Shown in pieces: positions 44,407 through 57,233 of a stretch of 64,000 bases of DNA (its first letter is position 1; every line of letters starts with the position of its first letter). The position numbers and the translations under genes were made by a program. This DNA comes from Octopus vulgaris (Eukaryota): positions 138,446,001 through 138,510,000 of the forward strand of contig OX597816.1 of assembly GCA_951406725.2 (NCBI GenBank), read 5' to 3'. The notes beneath the pieces are model-generated. The model did no database searches and was not told where the DNA came from. It saw nothing but the letters and a program-made list of their open reading frames with translations.

Positions 44407-44631
44407 TACTCTTTATACTCTTTTACTTGTTTCAGTCATTTGACTGCGGCCATGCTGGAGCACCGCCTTTAATCGTGCAACTCGACCCCGGGACTTATTC
44501 TTTTGTAAGCCCCATACTTATTCTATCGGTCTCTTTTGCCGAACCGCTAAGTAACGGGGACATAAACACACCAGCATCGGTTGTCAAGCAATGCTAGGGG
44601 GACAAACACAGACACACAAACACACGCACGC

Positions 44632-44662
<31 letters not shown>

Positions 44663-44822
44663 TACGACGGGCTTCTTTCCGTCTACCAAATCCACTCACA
44701 AGGCTTTGGTCAGCTCGAGGCTATAGTAGAAGACACTTGCCCAAGGTGCCACTCAGTAGGACTGAACCCGGAACCATGTGGTTGGTAAACAAGCTACTTA
44801 CCACACAGCCACTCCTGCGCCT
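44407..44822 (-). mobile_element. Full-length SINE family B
   Basis: Family B consensus in reverse complement with internal (CA)/(TA). Confidence 0.9.
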
Positions 44823-44952
44823 ATATGTGTATATATAAATATACATACAGAGAGAGTGTGAGAGAGAGAGACAGAGAGAGAGAAAGGGAGAGAAATGAAT
44901 ATATATATACCTATATACACACACACACAGACACACACACACACATATATAT

Positions 44953-45023
<71 letters not shown>

Positions 45024-45158
45024 TATAACAAATGAGAGAAAATAGCGAAGTGAGAGAATATATGGTTATTCCACTTGTAAGAGCTGTTTCATAATCTTGT
45101 TAGTCATATCTTAGGTATTACATAACAGGTATATAATATATATATCTATCTATCTATC

Positions 45159-45197
<39 letters not shown>

Positions 45198-45599
45198 ACA
45201 CACACACACATACACACACACATATATATATATATATCTTACGGAGATATACTTGCATAGCAAGTGATCTGACCATGAGTCGTTTCGAAGATTAGTCTGT
45301 TGACTTTACTTCTCATTATACTTGTGCACATGGGTGTACACACGCATATATATTTATATGTACATTTATATATACGTTCGAATGTTGAATTCAATAGCTA
45401 TTATATAAATATTTGTTCTGTTCATACATATTCTCTCCACCTTTGTTTTCAGAACGACGCTAAGGTTTATCGCAACCTCACCTTTAAGCAAGAAGCTTAA
45501 AGTGAGATCTGTTTCGTTCTTTGAATCCCAACTAGGAATATAATAATATATACATACGTAAATACACACAGACACACATATATATATATATTCTATTAT

Positions 45600-45790
45600 T
45601 ATTCTATTTGTTTTAATCGTATGACTGCGGCCATGCTGGGGCACCGCATTTAACCAAACAAATCGACACCAGAACTTATTCTCTATAAGCCTAGTACTTA
45701 TTCTATCGGTATCTTTTTGCTGAACAGCTAAGTTACGGGGACATAAACACACCAGCATCGATTATCAAGAGATGTTGGGGAACAAACACA
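45600..45790 (-). mobile_element. SINE family B, 3' half
   Basis: Tail and body match the family B consensus. Confidence 0.8.
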
Positions 45791-46090
45791 GACACACAAG
45801 TATATGCACACACACACACATATATATATATATGTATATATTTATATATACATATATTATTTATATATACATAAACATACATATACATAAATATATGCTC
45901 GTAGCTTACTTTTTCTTTGGGGCTGGCCGTATCGGAGCGATATCAGGATTAATCAGCCGAAATTGCTAAGATGATCCGGTTCCCGACTGAAGATTAGAGG
46001 CTTCGAATGACCCGTCTGTTTTTTTTTTTTGTATCGTCTCTTTGTGTGTTTTTGCGTTCTCGTCTCATTTTGTAATTTATATTTAATTTC

Positions 46091-46217
<127 letters not shown>

Positions 46218-46254
46218 GTATGTATATACATACATAAATATACATACACATATG

Positions 46255-46657
46255 GGCGCAGGAGTGGCTGTGTGGTAAATAGCTTGCTTAACAACCACAT
46301 GGTTTCGGGTTCATTCCCACTGCGTGGCACCTTAGGCAAGTGTCTTCCACTATAGCCTCGTGCCGACCAAAGCCTTGTGAGTAGATTTGGTAGACGGAAA
46401 CTGAAAGAGGCCCGTCGTATATATGTAGGTGTGTGTGTGTGCATGTGTGTGTATGTGTGTGTTTGTCCTCCCATCATCACTTGACAACCGATGCTGGTGT
46501 GTTTACGTCCCCGTAACTTAGCGCGTCGGCAAAAGAGACTGATAATATAAGTACTAGGCTTCCAAAGACTAAGTCCTGGGGTCGATTTGCTCGACTAAAG
46601 GCGGTGCTCCAGCATGACCGCAATCAAATGACTGAAACAAGTAAAAGAGTAAAAGAA
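46255..46657 (+). mobile_element. Full-length SINE family B
   Basis: Family B consensus. Confidence 0.9.
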
Positions 46658-46664
46658 TATACAC

Positions 46665-46710
<46 letters not shown>

Positions 46711-46731
46711 ACGTATATATATCTACGTATG

Positions 46732-46781
<50 letters not shown>

Positions 46782-48292
46782 CACGTATATATTCATAGAG
46801 ATATTGACATATATACTCAAGCATATGCAAATACGTATATGTACATGCATATGTTGTGTATTTATAGCTGATTATAGATGTGACTGGTTATTACAGAACT
46901 GACATAACTGTTTGTTTGTAATCTATCAACTGTTAATCATACTTCGTGCTTATATAGAGATGTGTGTGTATGTTTGTGTGTGTGTATGCGTGTGCCTCTG
47001 TGTGTATGTGTGTGTGTGTGAGTGTGTACCACACAGATGCTCTTTGCTAAACTCACAAAGCATTAGACGATGCGAGGTTATAGTAAAGGACATTGCCACT
47101 GAACTGAACTGGGGGCTACGTCCATTACGAAGTGAACTTCTTAACCATAGACCCATATCTGAGTCTATAACACTAATCAGGGAATAATAGATAAACGCAG
47201 GATGGCGGCAAGTGTCAAACGTTCTAGTCGTAAGTCCTGTGAGAAAAAAAATTTCTGCGAATTTTTCTAAAATAATAAATTATCAGTAATAAAACAGGAA
47301 TCGACTTAGACCCTCCCTTAAAAATTACTGGCATAAGCTGAAATTTGAAACAATTTCACTTGTCTGAAAGACAGCAATCCTACGATTTCAAATTATTTGA
47401 TTACTTAAATAATAAAAAAAAAATATGTGAAAAATAAAAGAGCCATAATATCTTTTATAGACATATACACACATGCTACAAGTTAGAGTGAATGGGGTGA
47501 CTAATCATATATAGGAGAAACACCAGTAACCAGCTGGTACTGATCATATCGACCCCAAATGAAAACAATTTATGTATTTATATATGCACGCATTTATATG
47601 AATGTACGTATGTATGTCATTATTCAGTTTTATTTCATGATTTCTTGCCAATAGAGAAAGAGCCGGTTTCTACATTAGATCCAAAGCTTCTTCATTGGCA
47701 GTTCAACATCAACAACAGGGTACTTTTGAAAGTATGTATGTTAGTATGTATGAATACGTACATATTTGTGTCTTGTTTTAGATATGTATTCTAATGCATA
47801 AAGTTGCTTATCTAGACAAGTACATGTACTTAAATGATAAACTTCTGGAATGTTTTACAGATTTTTACAGTTCCAGTGATGGGTTGACTCTATAATATTC
47901 AAATCAGCTTTCTCCTTCCTGCTTTTGAGAAGGTTAATTTCTCAAGATGGGTATTTAGATGGTAATTACAGGTATAAACCTGAACCTTTAATCAGGGTAG
48001 AGAAACTGCAAACTTCTCAATAGTTCAGGGTAGGTATTTTCTTCTTCACTTTAGCTTTATGTTAACATTTGCATGTATGTATGTATGTATGTATGTATGT
48101 ATTTATGTATAAATGTGTGTATGTATGTATGTATGTATGTATGTATGTATGTATGTATGTATGTATGTATATATGTATGTATGTATGTAGGTATGTATGT
48201 ATGTATGTATGTATGTATGTATGTATGTATGTATGTATGTATGTATGCATGTATGTATATAAATATATATGTGTGTGTACGCGCGTGTGTCC

Positions 48293-48328
48293 CTTTCTGT
48301 AGAAGAGCGTAGGCTCGAAATGTAAAAG
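48293..48328 (+). ncRNA. Minimal hammerhead motif, CUGUAGA core, in a short pLTR copy (about 48285-48420) ending in (TA)n
   Basis: CTTT-CTGTAGA-A-GAGC-GTAG-GCTC-GAAAT-GTA-AAAG. Confidence 0.65.
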
Positions 48329-48639
48329 ACTTTTATTATTCCTGAGCGTTATACTAATACATCTGTTTGTTTTGTACACCACCTGTCTTCGTCTTTTGCT
48401 TTTTTCGTAAACTCTCCCTATATATATATGTGTATATTTATATCTATACCTATACCTTTATTTATATCTATCTATGTTTGTATGTACATGAATGTATGTA
48501 TATGTGTATATATGCATGTATTCATACATACGTGTGTATATATATTAGTACCGAAAAGCAGTCTTTACATCCTACTGAACGTCGATATATTTGAAAAACG
48601 GAATAATTCTGTGTTATTTGAGTTGAATATTGAATTATA

Positions 48640-48922
48640 GCACTGTGTGCAAGCACTCCGTCGGTTACGACGACGAGGGTTCCGGTTGATCCGATCAACG
48701 GAACAGCCTGCTCGTGAAATTAACGTGTAAGTGGCTGAGCACTCCACAGACACGTGTACCCTTAACGTAGTTGTCGGGGATATTCAGCGTGACACAGAGA
48801 GTGACAAGGCCGGCCCTTTGAAATACAGGTACAACAGAAACAGGAAGTAAGAGTGAGAGAAAGTTGTGGTGAAAGAGTACAGCAGGGATCACCACCACCC
48901 CCTGCCGGAGCCTCGTGGAGCT
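48640..48922 (-). mobile_element. SINE family C-related body fragment
   Basis: 48867-48922 is nearly identical to 27767-27823; the remainder is a segment absent from the copies at 27712 and 38996. Confidence 0.75.
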
Positions 48923-49120
48923 TGCAGAAAAGTATTTGCACTTCCAATGGTGGGACTGCTGAATCGTTATTTTTGCATGTTACATCTTTATCAGCAATAG
49001 GTTTCCACTGTCACCGCATGTGAGCCAAACTTCGTCCGTACCGATATACAAACAGCTGGTGATAACATTTATAGCGTTCTCACAGTATATCCCCGTTAAG
49101 TAGGATTTTATATATATATA

Positions 49121-49538
49121 AGTAGTGGCTGTGTGGTAAGTAGCTTGCTTACCAACCACATGGTTCCGGGTTCAGTCCCACTGCGTGGCACCTTGGGCAA
49201 GTGTCTTCTACTATAGTCTCGGGCCGACCAAAGCCTTGTGAGTGGATTTGGTAGACGGAAACTGAAAGAAGCCCGTCGTATATATGTATATATATATATG
49301 TATATGTATGTGTGTGTGTTTGTGTGTCTGTGTTTGTTCCCCCAACATCGCTTGACAACCGATGCTGGTGTGTTTAATTCCCCGTTACCTAGCGGTTCGG
49401 CAAAAGAGACCGATAGAATAAGTACTAGGCTTACAAAGAATAAGTTCTGGGGTCGATTTGCTCAACTAAAAAAGGCGGTGCTCCAACATGGCCGCAGTCA
49501 AATGACTGAAACAAGTAAAAGAGTAAAAGAGTAAAAGT
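49121..49538 (+). mobile_element. Full-length SINE family B
   Basis: Family B consensus. Confidence 0.9.
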
Positions 49539-50341
49539 GAATATATATATATATATATATATAAAGAGAGAGAGAGAGAGAGAGGGGGGGGGAGAGACAG
49601 ACAGACAGACAGACAAACAGACAAACAGAGAGACAGATAAATAGATAAATAGATAGATATAAGCGCAAGCATAACAATCTGTGTTGCGCATCTTGAAAGA
49701 GTCGTCCACCAAAGAATCATGGGGGACAAAGAGTTCTAATTCAAATTTACTAGAACGAGACTGGGCAAAATCCAGTGTGTGCGTGTGTGTGTGTTTGTGT
49801 ATTGGTATGAATGGGTTTGTGTCTGTGTATGTGTCTCTCGGAATGCGCACGCGCCCGTGACCTGTATGGAAGCATGAGTGGAAGCATGGAACGAACTCCT
49901 ACTATTTTTTTAGACTCACGCTTCTTAGTGTATCCCTATTTCTCCAACACATTTCCACATTTAAATATGCACATATATATGTATGCATATATGTATAAGC
50001 ATACATACTTATATACATTTATACATACGTCTAAACTCGCATACGTACATATATATATATATGTATATATATATGCATATATATATGTATATATGTGTGT
50101 ATATATATGTATATATATAAATATATATCTATATACATATATATATGCATATATGCATGTATTTATATGTATATATATACATATATATGTATATATATAT
50201 GCATATATATATGTATATCTATATATGCATATATATATATATGTATATATACATATATATGTATATATATACATATATATGTATACATATATATGTATAT
50301 ATATACATATATATATGTATATATATATATATATGCATATA

Positions 50342-50410
<69 letters not shown>

Positions 50411-50559
50411 TATATATATATATATATGTTTATATATACACATATTCTTATATGCATGCGCATATATTCATACATACATACGTGCTTAACATAACCGTAT
50501 TCCATTGAATACATATATACAGTACACTCAAACACACATACATGCACGCATACACACAC

Positions 50560-50604
<45 letters not shown>

Positions 50605-51587
50605 GCTGAAGCCACAACTACTTATAGCTATCAAGAGATTTAGTGGAGGTTAGAAGCAAAAAAGCACTTATACTATAATAAATGTAGAACTAAATGCCAC
50701 ATTTCTTCATTTATTCTGACCCTCCCTCAACCTCATTCAAAAATCAACATTTTCCTGTCCATTTCAACTCGACCCAGCATAAATTTTGTTACATTTTTCG
50801 TTTTTCAGACGATTCTGTAACTAATCTCAGGAGAAAATACGTTATTGCCTGCCAAGATATATTACCTCAGCTAATCTGCATTCTTTTGTCATATAACATC
50901 ACAATCCTATTTTCTGTCATGTCATCTTTACCCATAGCGCCAATCCATCAAGTACTTCTCAGAATAGCTGGGTACATGAAAAAAGATTGGCGCAGGAAAT
51001 GCATCCGAGTCGCCATCTTGTTTTCTTGTTGCTTCCGTTTATGTGCTAATCAGAGTGTCCAGCTTCATTAGCATATTGCAGTCTTGCTATGATCCCCTAG
51101 TGTATGTTTATTGAAGATAACTGACTACAAATTGAATTAGCGCGCCAACAACCATTCGCAATCAGGCCGCCATATTTCTTCCATTTTCGTTATTTTATTT
51201 TATTTTTTTCCTTGTTCACTTTCTTCTTTGTTCGTTCAGTTATTTTCTATTTCGTATCGACTTACACTCTTCAAATGTAAGTGCTGCCGAAGGAGCCTTC
51301 CACAACATTCAACACCAAATAGCATTAATCTGTTTTTTGCAATTAGTTTCGACTTGTCTTCAGCAAATACATTTTCTGGCAGTGATGTGGAATGATGGGT
51401 AATGGAAGGAGGGAGGAAAGAGAAAAGAAAATATGTTTCCTTTCAAAAAAATAACGCAATACCCCGCTTGTATATATATATATTTTTTTGAAATTTTCAT
51501 AGCGAAAATTTCGTTTGAACATTGATTTTTATTCACCGGCTACTTCGTGAGCATACGCGAAGTCTCGTATATGTATACGATTCCTAT

Positions 51588-51642
<55 letters not shown>

Positions 51643-51752
51643 TAATATGTAGTTTCATTGTATATTTAGAGAAGGTTGTGTGTATGTGTGTGTATACGTT
51701 GTTACCAGTGTGTAGGGAAAGCAGTAATCTATGTATATATACTGCCTTCTCT

Positions 51753-51814
<62 letters not shown>

Positions 51815-52673
51815 TGTCTTTTTCTCCAAGGTTTAAAACTTAACCATCTTTGACATAATCATTGTCGTCGTTTTCTCTCCAGGCTCCACCGCTCCTGTCA
51901 TTGATGATGCTGACAGTAATTGAAATATTGACATCCTCATACTCCTTTATCCTCCTCAACTGTCACTGCTCCTTCTATTGCTGTTTCTCCCTCCTTGACT
52001 TTTCTGACATTTCCGCCTCCTTTACTTTACCTCTTCATCATGTTTTCAGGACAATATACGCTATTTGTGAAACACTGAGGTATGAGCAGATATACTCTCA
52101 TTACCAAAATGTCAGAATTGTCACCTATCGTGAACGCTATCTTATTCAACCACCTAATTTTGACAAGGTTACTTAAAGGAAAGTTCGTGTCAAAGAAAGC
52201 AACTGCAGTGAATTGGCGCGGAGATCAAACTCAACTTTTCCTTTCACAGCGATAGCCCGTTTCCTTCTCAATAAGCACTCTCTCAAGCTATTTTGTTATT
52301 TATTAAGATGCACAGCTGAGACCACAAACTGATTCGTAATCAATAATAATAGAGTTACTGATTTCTCTTTGCTAATAGTGAAGAATATGACGGAGGAATA
52401 AAGACAGGTCAATGAATACGGTACCAGGGTTATTGATGAAGTGTCTTCTCATTGGCATAGTATTGTCATAGCATTGTTACACGATACAAAACAAAACATG
52501 TATTCTAACTTGAGAGAGAAGGTCAACAGACCGAGCATTGTGCAGTTCTTTAGTCTTATCTATCCGCTGCTACACGTGCACACGACTCACGGCAACAACA
52601 CCAAAATACACACACACACATCCATATATATATATATATATATACATATATACATATACATACACACACACCG

Positions 52674-52720
<47 letters not shown>

Positions 52721-52731
52721 CACACACACCG

Positions 52732-52760
<29 letters not shown>

Positions 52761-52764
<4 letters not shown>

Positions 52765-53268
52765 ACGGGAAGCTTTATGAAAATAGACAAAAGACGAAGG
52801 CAGGTGGAAAACAAACGAACAATTGTATTAGTATGGCGCTCAGGAAATATAAATAAAACAAGTCTTTAACGTTTCGAGCCTACGCTCTTCAACAGAAAGA
52901 TACACAGAGAGAAAAAAACACAGAAAGAAGGAGAGAAAAAAAATGCGTGCAGTAGCTAACGAATCAACATGGCGATCTGATTTCGGCCAGAGGTCAAAGA
53001 TCAAACATGAGACGCGAGAGCGAAATAAGGGGAGATAATAGGGTTGATAATATGGTTGAAGGACCAGCTAATAGTGCGTAGGAGGGGTCTGGACGTGTGT
53101 ATGTATAGGGTTGGTGTATGTATTAGTATGTATAAGGGTGTGTGTGTGTGTGTGTATGAGAGAGTATTAGTGCGTAGGATTGGTGTGGACGTGCGTATGT
53201 ATGGGGTTGGTGTATGTATTAGTATGTATTAGTATGTATTAGTACGTATTAGTATGTATAAGTGTGTG
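52761..53268 (-). repeat. 3' pseudo-LTR
   Basis: Matches 57234-57720 except for an 8-nt indel, one visible substitution and microsatellite or 10-mer copy numbers. Confidence 0.95.
52863..52900 (-). ncRNA. Minimal type-I hammerhead ribozyme motif (CUGUUGA core) in the 3' pLTR
   Basis: Minus strand TCTTT-CTGTTGA-A-GAGC-GTAG-GCTC-GAAAC-GTT-AAAGA. Stem I has 5 bp, stem II has 4 bp, and stem III is the loopless palindrome ACGT. Minimal hammerheads in PLE pLTRs are established. Confidence 0.8.
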
Positions 53269-53450
53269 TGTGTGTGTGTGTATGAGAGAGTATAAGTGCG
53301 TATGAGGGGTCTGGACGTGTGTATGTATAGGGTTGGTGTATGTATTAGTATGTATTAGTATGTATTAGTACGTATTAGTATGTATTAGTTGGTGTATGTA
53401 TTAGTATGGCACATCATATATGATGTGATGTGTGAAGTCGTGTGGTGTAG

Positions 53451-53732
53451 TGAGGAGAAGAGAGGGAGGGGAGGGGAGGGGGAGGAGAGGGGGAAGAGGA
53501 GAGGAGGGGAGGAGGAAGGGGAGGGAGGAGGAAGGAGGAAAGAGGGAGAGGGGAGGGAGGGAGGGAGGGAGGGAGGGAGCAGAGGGAAGGGGAAGAGGGA
53601 AGGAGGGAGGGAGAAAGAGGGAAGAAGGGAAGAGGAGTAGGGGTGAAAGGATGAAGGACTGAAGAAGTAGGGGTCGGGGGAAAAGGATGGGTGAGGAGGG
53701 GGAGAGGGGGTTTAGATGAGGAGGGGGGGAGA
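53451..53732. repeat. G/A-rich polypurine tract (polypyrimidine in the PLE 3' UTR)
   Basis: Almost pure purine over 53451-53637 with many GGG runs. Confidence 0.9.
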
Positions 53733-56617
53733 GTTGAGACCAAATGGCGTATAAGAGCGAAGAGAGAAGATTAATTCCTGTTCACGGCGCAAACGGGAAT
53801 CCGGATGGCCTCTGTGTAAGGACAAACCGAACACAGATAGGTGTTGCAAGGAGTGACCGGTGGAGCGGAAATGGCGTGAGACCGGTGTGTCGTTCGCAAG
53901 GTGGATGTCACGAAGGTGTTCCGCGAACCTCTCAGCCAAGCGGCGTCCCGTTTGTCCGATGTACAAGGAATTGCAGAGAGAGCAAGAGATGCAATAGATA
54001 ATATTGCTGGAGGTGCAGGTGAAGGAGTGGATGATGGGATAGGGTCGATGGTGGGTGCTAGTGAGGCGGGTGGTGTTGGAGAGGTAAGGGCAAGTGCGGC
54101 AACGTGGGCGGGAGCAGGGGAACGAGCCGGGTTGGGAGGTAGGGTCAGGGAAGGAGCTATGGACCAAAAGGTCTCGAAGGTTGTGGGCTCGTTTGAAAGA
54201 GGGGAGGGGTCGGTTAGGGAAGAGGTGTGAAGTGGACGGGTCGGACTGGAGATGACGGAAAGCTCGAAGAATGGTGCGTTGGAGACGTAGGGTCGTGGGG
54301 TGGTAAGTGAGGGGAAAAGAGAGGCGGGAGACTACAGGGCGGGTTCGAGGAGAGAGAGCAGATACACGGTCCACGGACCGTGCTCTGGCAAGGGCGGTGT
54401 GGATAGTGGTGAGGGGGTATCCACGTAGGGTGAAGTGGTGAGCCATACGTTGAGACTGAGTCTCAAAGTCATGGTCGTCACTACAGAGCCTACGTAGACG
54501 GAGGAATTGGGAATAGGGGATGGAAAGCTTGGTGTGTTCTGGGTGGGAGGAAGAGAAGTTGAGGTATGAGTGTGAGTCTGTGTGTTTGTAGTGAATGGAG
54601 GTGGTAAGAGTGGAGTGAAGAATGCTAACCGAAATGTCGAGGAAGGAGACAGAGGTGTTGGAGATAGTGGAAGTGAAGTGGAGGGCTGGATGGAAAGATT
54701 GGACGAAAGAGAGGAAGGAATCTAGATGTTCGCGGGAGAGTGAGGTGGCACCGATAATGTCGTCGATGTAACGACCATATAGTTCGGGAGTGGGACCAGT
54801 GAAATTAGAGAATATTTGGGCCTCAACATAGCCAACGAACAGGTTCGCATAGTTGGGGCCCATTCGCGTTCCCATGGCCACTCCCGAGACCTGATGGTAG
54901 AACTCGCCCGCGAACGAGAAGCAGTTCAGAGTAAGGACAAGTTCGGCCAGACGAATGAGTGTAGAGGTGTCAGGTACAGGGTTAGAGCGGAGGTCAAGAA
55001 AGTGTCGAAGGGCCTGCAGTCCTTCGTGGTGAGGGATAACAGTATAGAGGCTTTGGATGTCCATAGTAAAAAGGATTTTGGAGGAGCCGGGAGGAAAGGA
55101 GAAAGGGTTGAAAAGCCGGAGAGCATGGTTGGTATCGTGGATGTGGGAGGGAAGAGATGCCACTAGGGGGGCAAGGACACGGTCGAGGTATTTAGAGATG
55201 AGCTCCGTGGGGCAGTTACAGGCGGAGACGATGGGGCGGCCAGGGTTGTTGGGTTTGTGGATTTTGGGGAGGAAGTAAATGGTGGGGGTACGTGGGGTTC
55301 GCACAATTAAGTTGGATGCGGTGCGGGGGAGACGGGAGGACGAGATGAGGTCGTGGACAGTAGAGGATACCGTCTGTTGGTAGCTACGTGTGGGGTTAGA
55401 GGGCAGAGGGGAATAGAAGGAGGTGTCATTGAGTTGGCGGAAAGCCTCGACCCTATAGAGGTCCGCGCGCCACACCACTACAGCTCCACCCTTGTCAGCC
55501 GGTTTGATGATAATGTCAGCGCGCCGTTGGAGGGAACGGAGAGCCAAGAGCTCAGCCGGGGAGATGTTGAGGCGGCGTTGGCGCCTGGAGAAGTTGAACC
55601 GCTCCAATGCACGCTGACAAGCGCCCGCGAAAAGATCCACTGCTAGGATCTGGCCAGGGGCAGGCGTCCACGGGGATGGTCGGCGGCCCAGGCCAGTGAA
55701 GCAGTCCTCTTCGTTGGGTGTGGGTGGCGAGTCGTGGTAATGCGCACCCAACCGGACACGGCGCACAAAGCTGTGGACATCAACTCGCGTCTGGAATTCC
55801 TTACAGGATGGAGTGAGGGGGATGAAACGCAGACCCCTACCAAGGACGGAGCGTTCAGCCGCAGAGAGGGGAAGATCGGGGGGAATGGTAACAACAGACG
55901 GAAGTGGAGAAGGGGTGGGTGGAATAGAAGTAGGAGGGGTGGTAGGTCTCGTGGAGGTCTGAGGGGGAGGGATTGGGGAGGTGTGTGGAGGGTGGTTGGG
56001 CGGGGCAGTAGGGTTAGGTGTAGGTGGATGGAGCCTATCGGGAGGGGAGAAGGGGTTGTAGGGAGGGGCAGTGGGGTTAGGTGTGGGTGGATGGAGCCTA
56101 TCGGGAGGGGAGAAGGGTGGTGGAGGAGTTGGGGTAGTGGCGTCGGGTAGGGTGGAATGGAAGAGTGATTGGAGTTTACGAAGTTTGGTATCAGAAATAA
56201 ATTGATGGAAGAGTTGATTCAAATGGATAATGAAGCGTAGCGTGTTTGGAGCATAGAGAGGCGGCAGAGAGGAGAAGAAGGTGGAGAAAGCAGGAGGAAG
56301 AAGGTGGTTGATGGCATGTAGTTTGGAGAGATTGGAGCGAATGGTGGCCCGCATAAGGCGGTAAGATGTGGTGCGGAGTATGGGTAAGATGGAAGAATCC
56401 GAGTGGAGAGCAGGGTGGAAGTGGAGGCGGAAACCTTTAGAGATGAGTCGGTGATGTAGGCAGCGGCTTAGGAAAGAGACATGGCTAGAGAAGCGGGTTT
56501 TTTAAAAAGAAGTAGAGAGAGATTAACGGACGGCTGAAGGCAATATACAGGAAGAGAACGGAGATGATCCTTCAAACGGTGATGGAGGGTGAGGAGGTAG
56601 GACCTAGGATCCGGCAT
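53712..56617 (-). CDS. PLE polyprotein: reverse transcriptase, Cys-rich linker and GIY-YIG endonuclease (880 aa open from 56354; about 968 aa from ATG 56617 if one frameshift at 56498-56503 is bridged)
   Basis: Motifs GLRFIP, IKPADKGGAVVV, YFLPKIHK…GRPIVS, MDIQSLYT, GVAMGTRMGPNYANLF, RYIDD, SFLD, CSRPRCRTC, IIYCISCSLCNSLYIGQT…RFAEH and PFGLN. In-frame upstream of 56354 it reads HVSFLSRCLHHRLISKGF. Confidence 0.95.
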
Positions 56618-57233
56618 GATGGGATAGCGGGAAAAAACGTTCGAAAAAACAAAAAAAAACAAAAAAAAACAAAACAAAAAACAAAAATTATCGTATGAAA
56701 AAAATAGAAAAAAAGGGAAAAAACAAACGTTCAAAAAAACAAAAAATAATAATCGTATGAAAAAACTAGATAAGTAAGCGATAGGGGCAGAAAAGACGGG
56801 GCAAACGGAAAAGGGAAAGAAAGAAGAGAAGCAGAGAGAGGGAGGCAAAAAAAGGGGGGGGCAGGCAGAGGAAACGGAGTATGGACATCCAGAGAGGGAA
56901 GAAAGACAGAAAGGAGAACAAAAATGCAGGAAAATGTGGAAAGCGTGAAATGAATGTAAAAAAAGTGGTAATATAAGAGAAAATAAAAATACAACAAACG
57001 GGACAGTTTATGCGAACAAGTTCAAGGTTGAAAGTTCAAGGTGAGAAATGTGTAGACGTCGTGGTATATTTTTTAAGGATTTCACATCAATGCAAAGTCA
57101 CTTTGATCCGCGAAAGAGAGGTGCAGCCAATGGTAAGTATCCAAGAGGTAAAGAAAATCCAAGGTAGAGGTAAGTGTTGATAGTGGTATTGGTAGAATAT
57201 AGGATGAAAGTGAGACCACGTGAGCGCATAATA

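Noticed and set aside
48665-48725. Hairpin GTTCCGGTTGAT-CCG-ATCAACGGAAC followed by GAAA as a ribozyme
   Set aside because: No recognisable catalytic core or stem I; it lies antisense within a SINE body.
51005-51180. Two YY1-like CGCCATNTT motifs suggesting a promoter
   Set aside because: Short motifs with no supportable exon or transcription evidence.
53074-53410. CRISPR-like repeat array
   Set aside because: Eukaryotic tandem repeats without unique spacers or cas genes.
53744-56150. Plus-strand ORFs overlapping the PLE ORF
   Set aside because: Antisense shadows of a GC-rich coding sequence.
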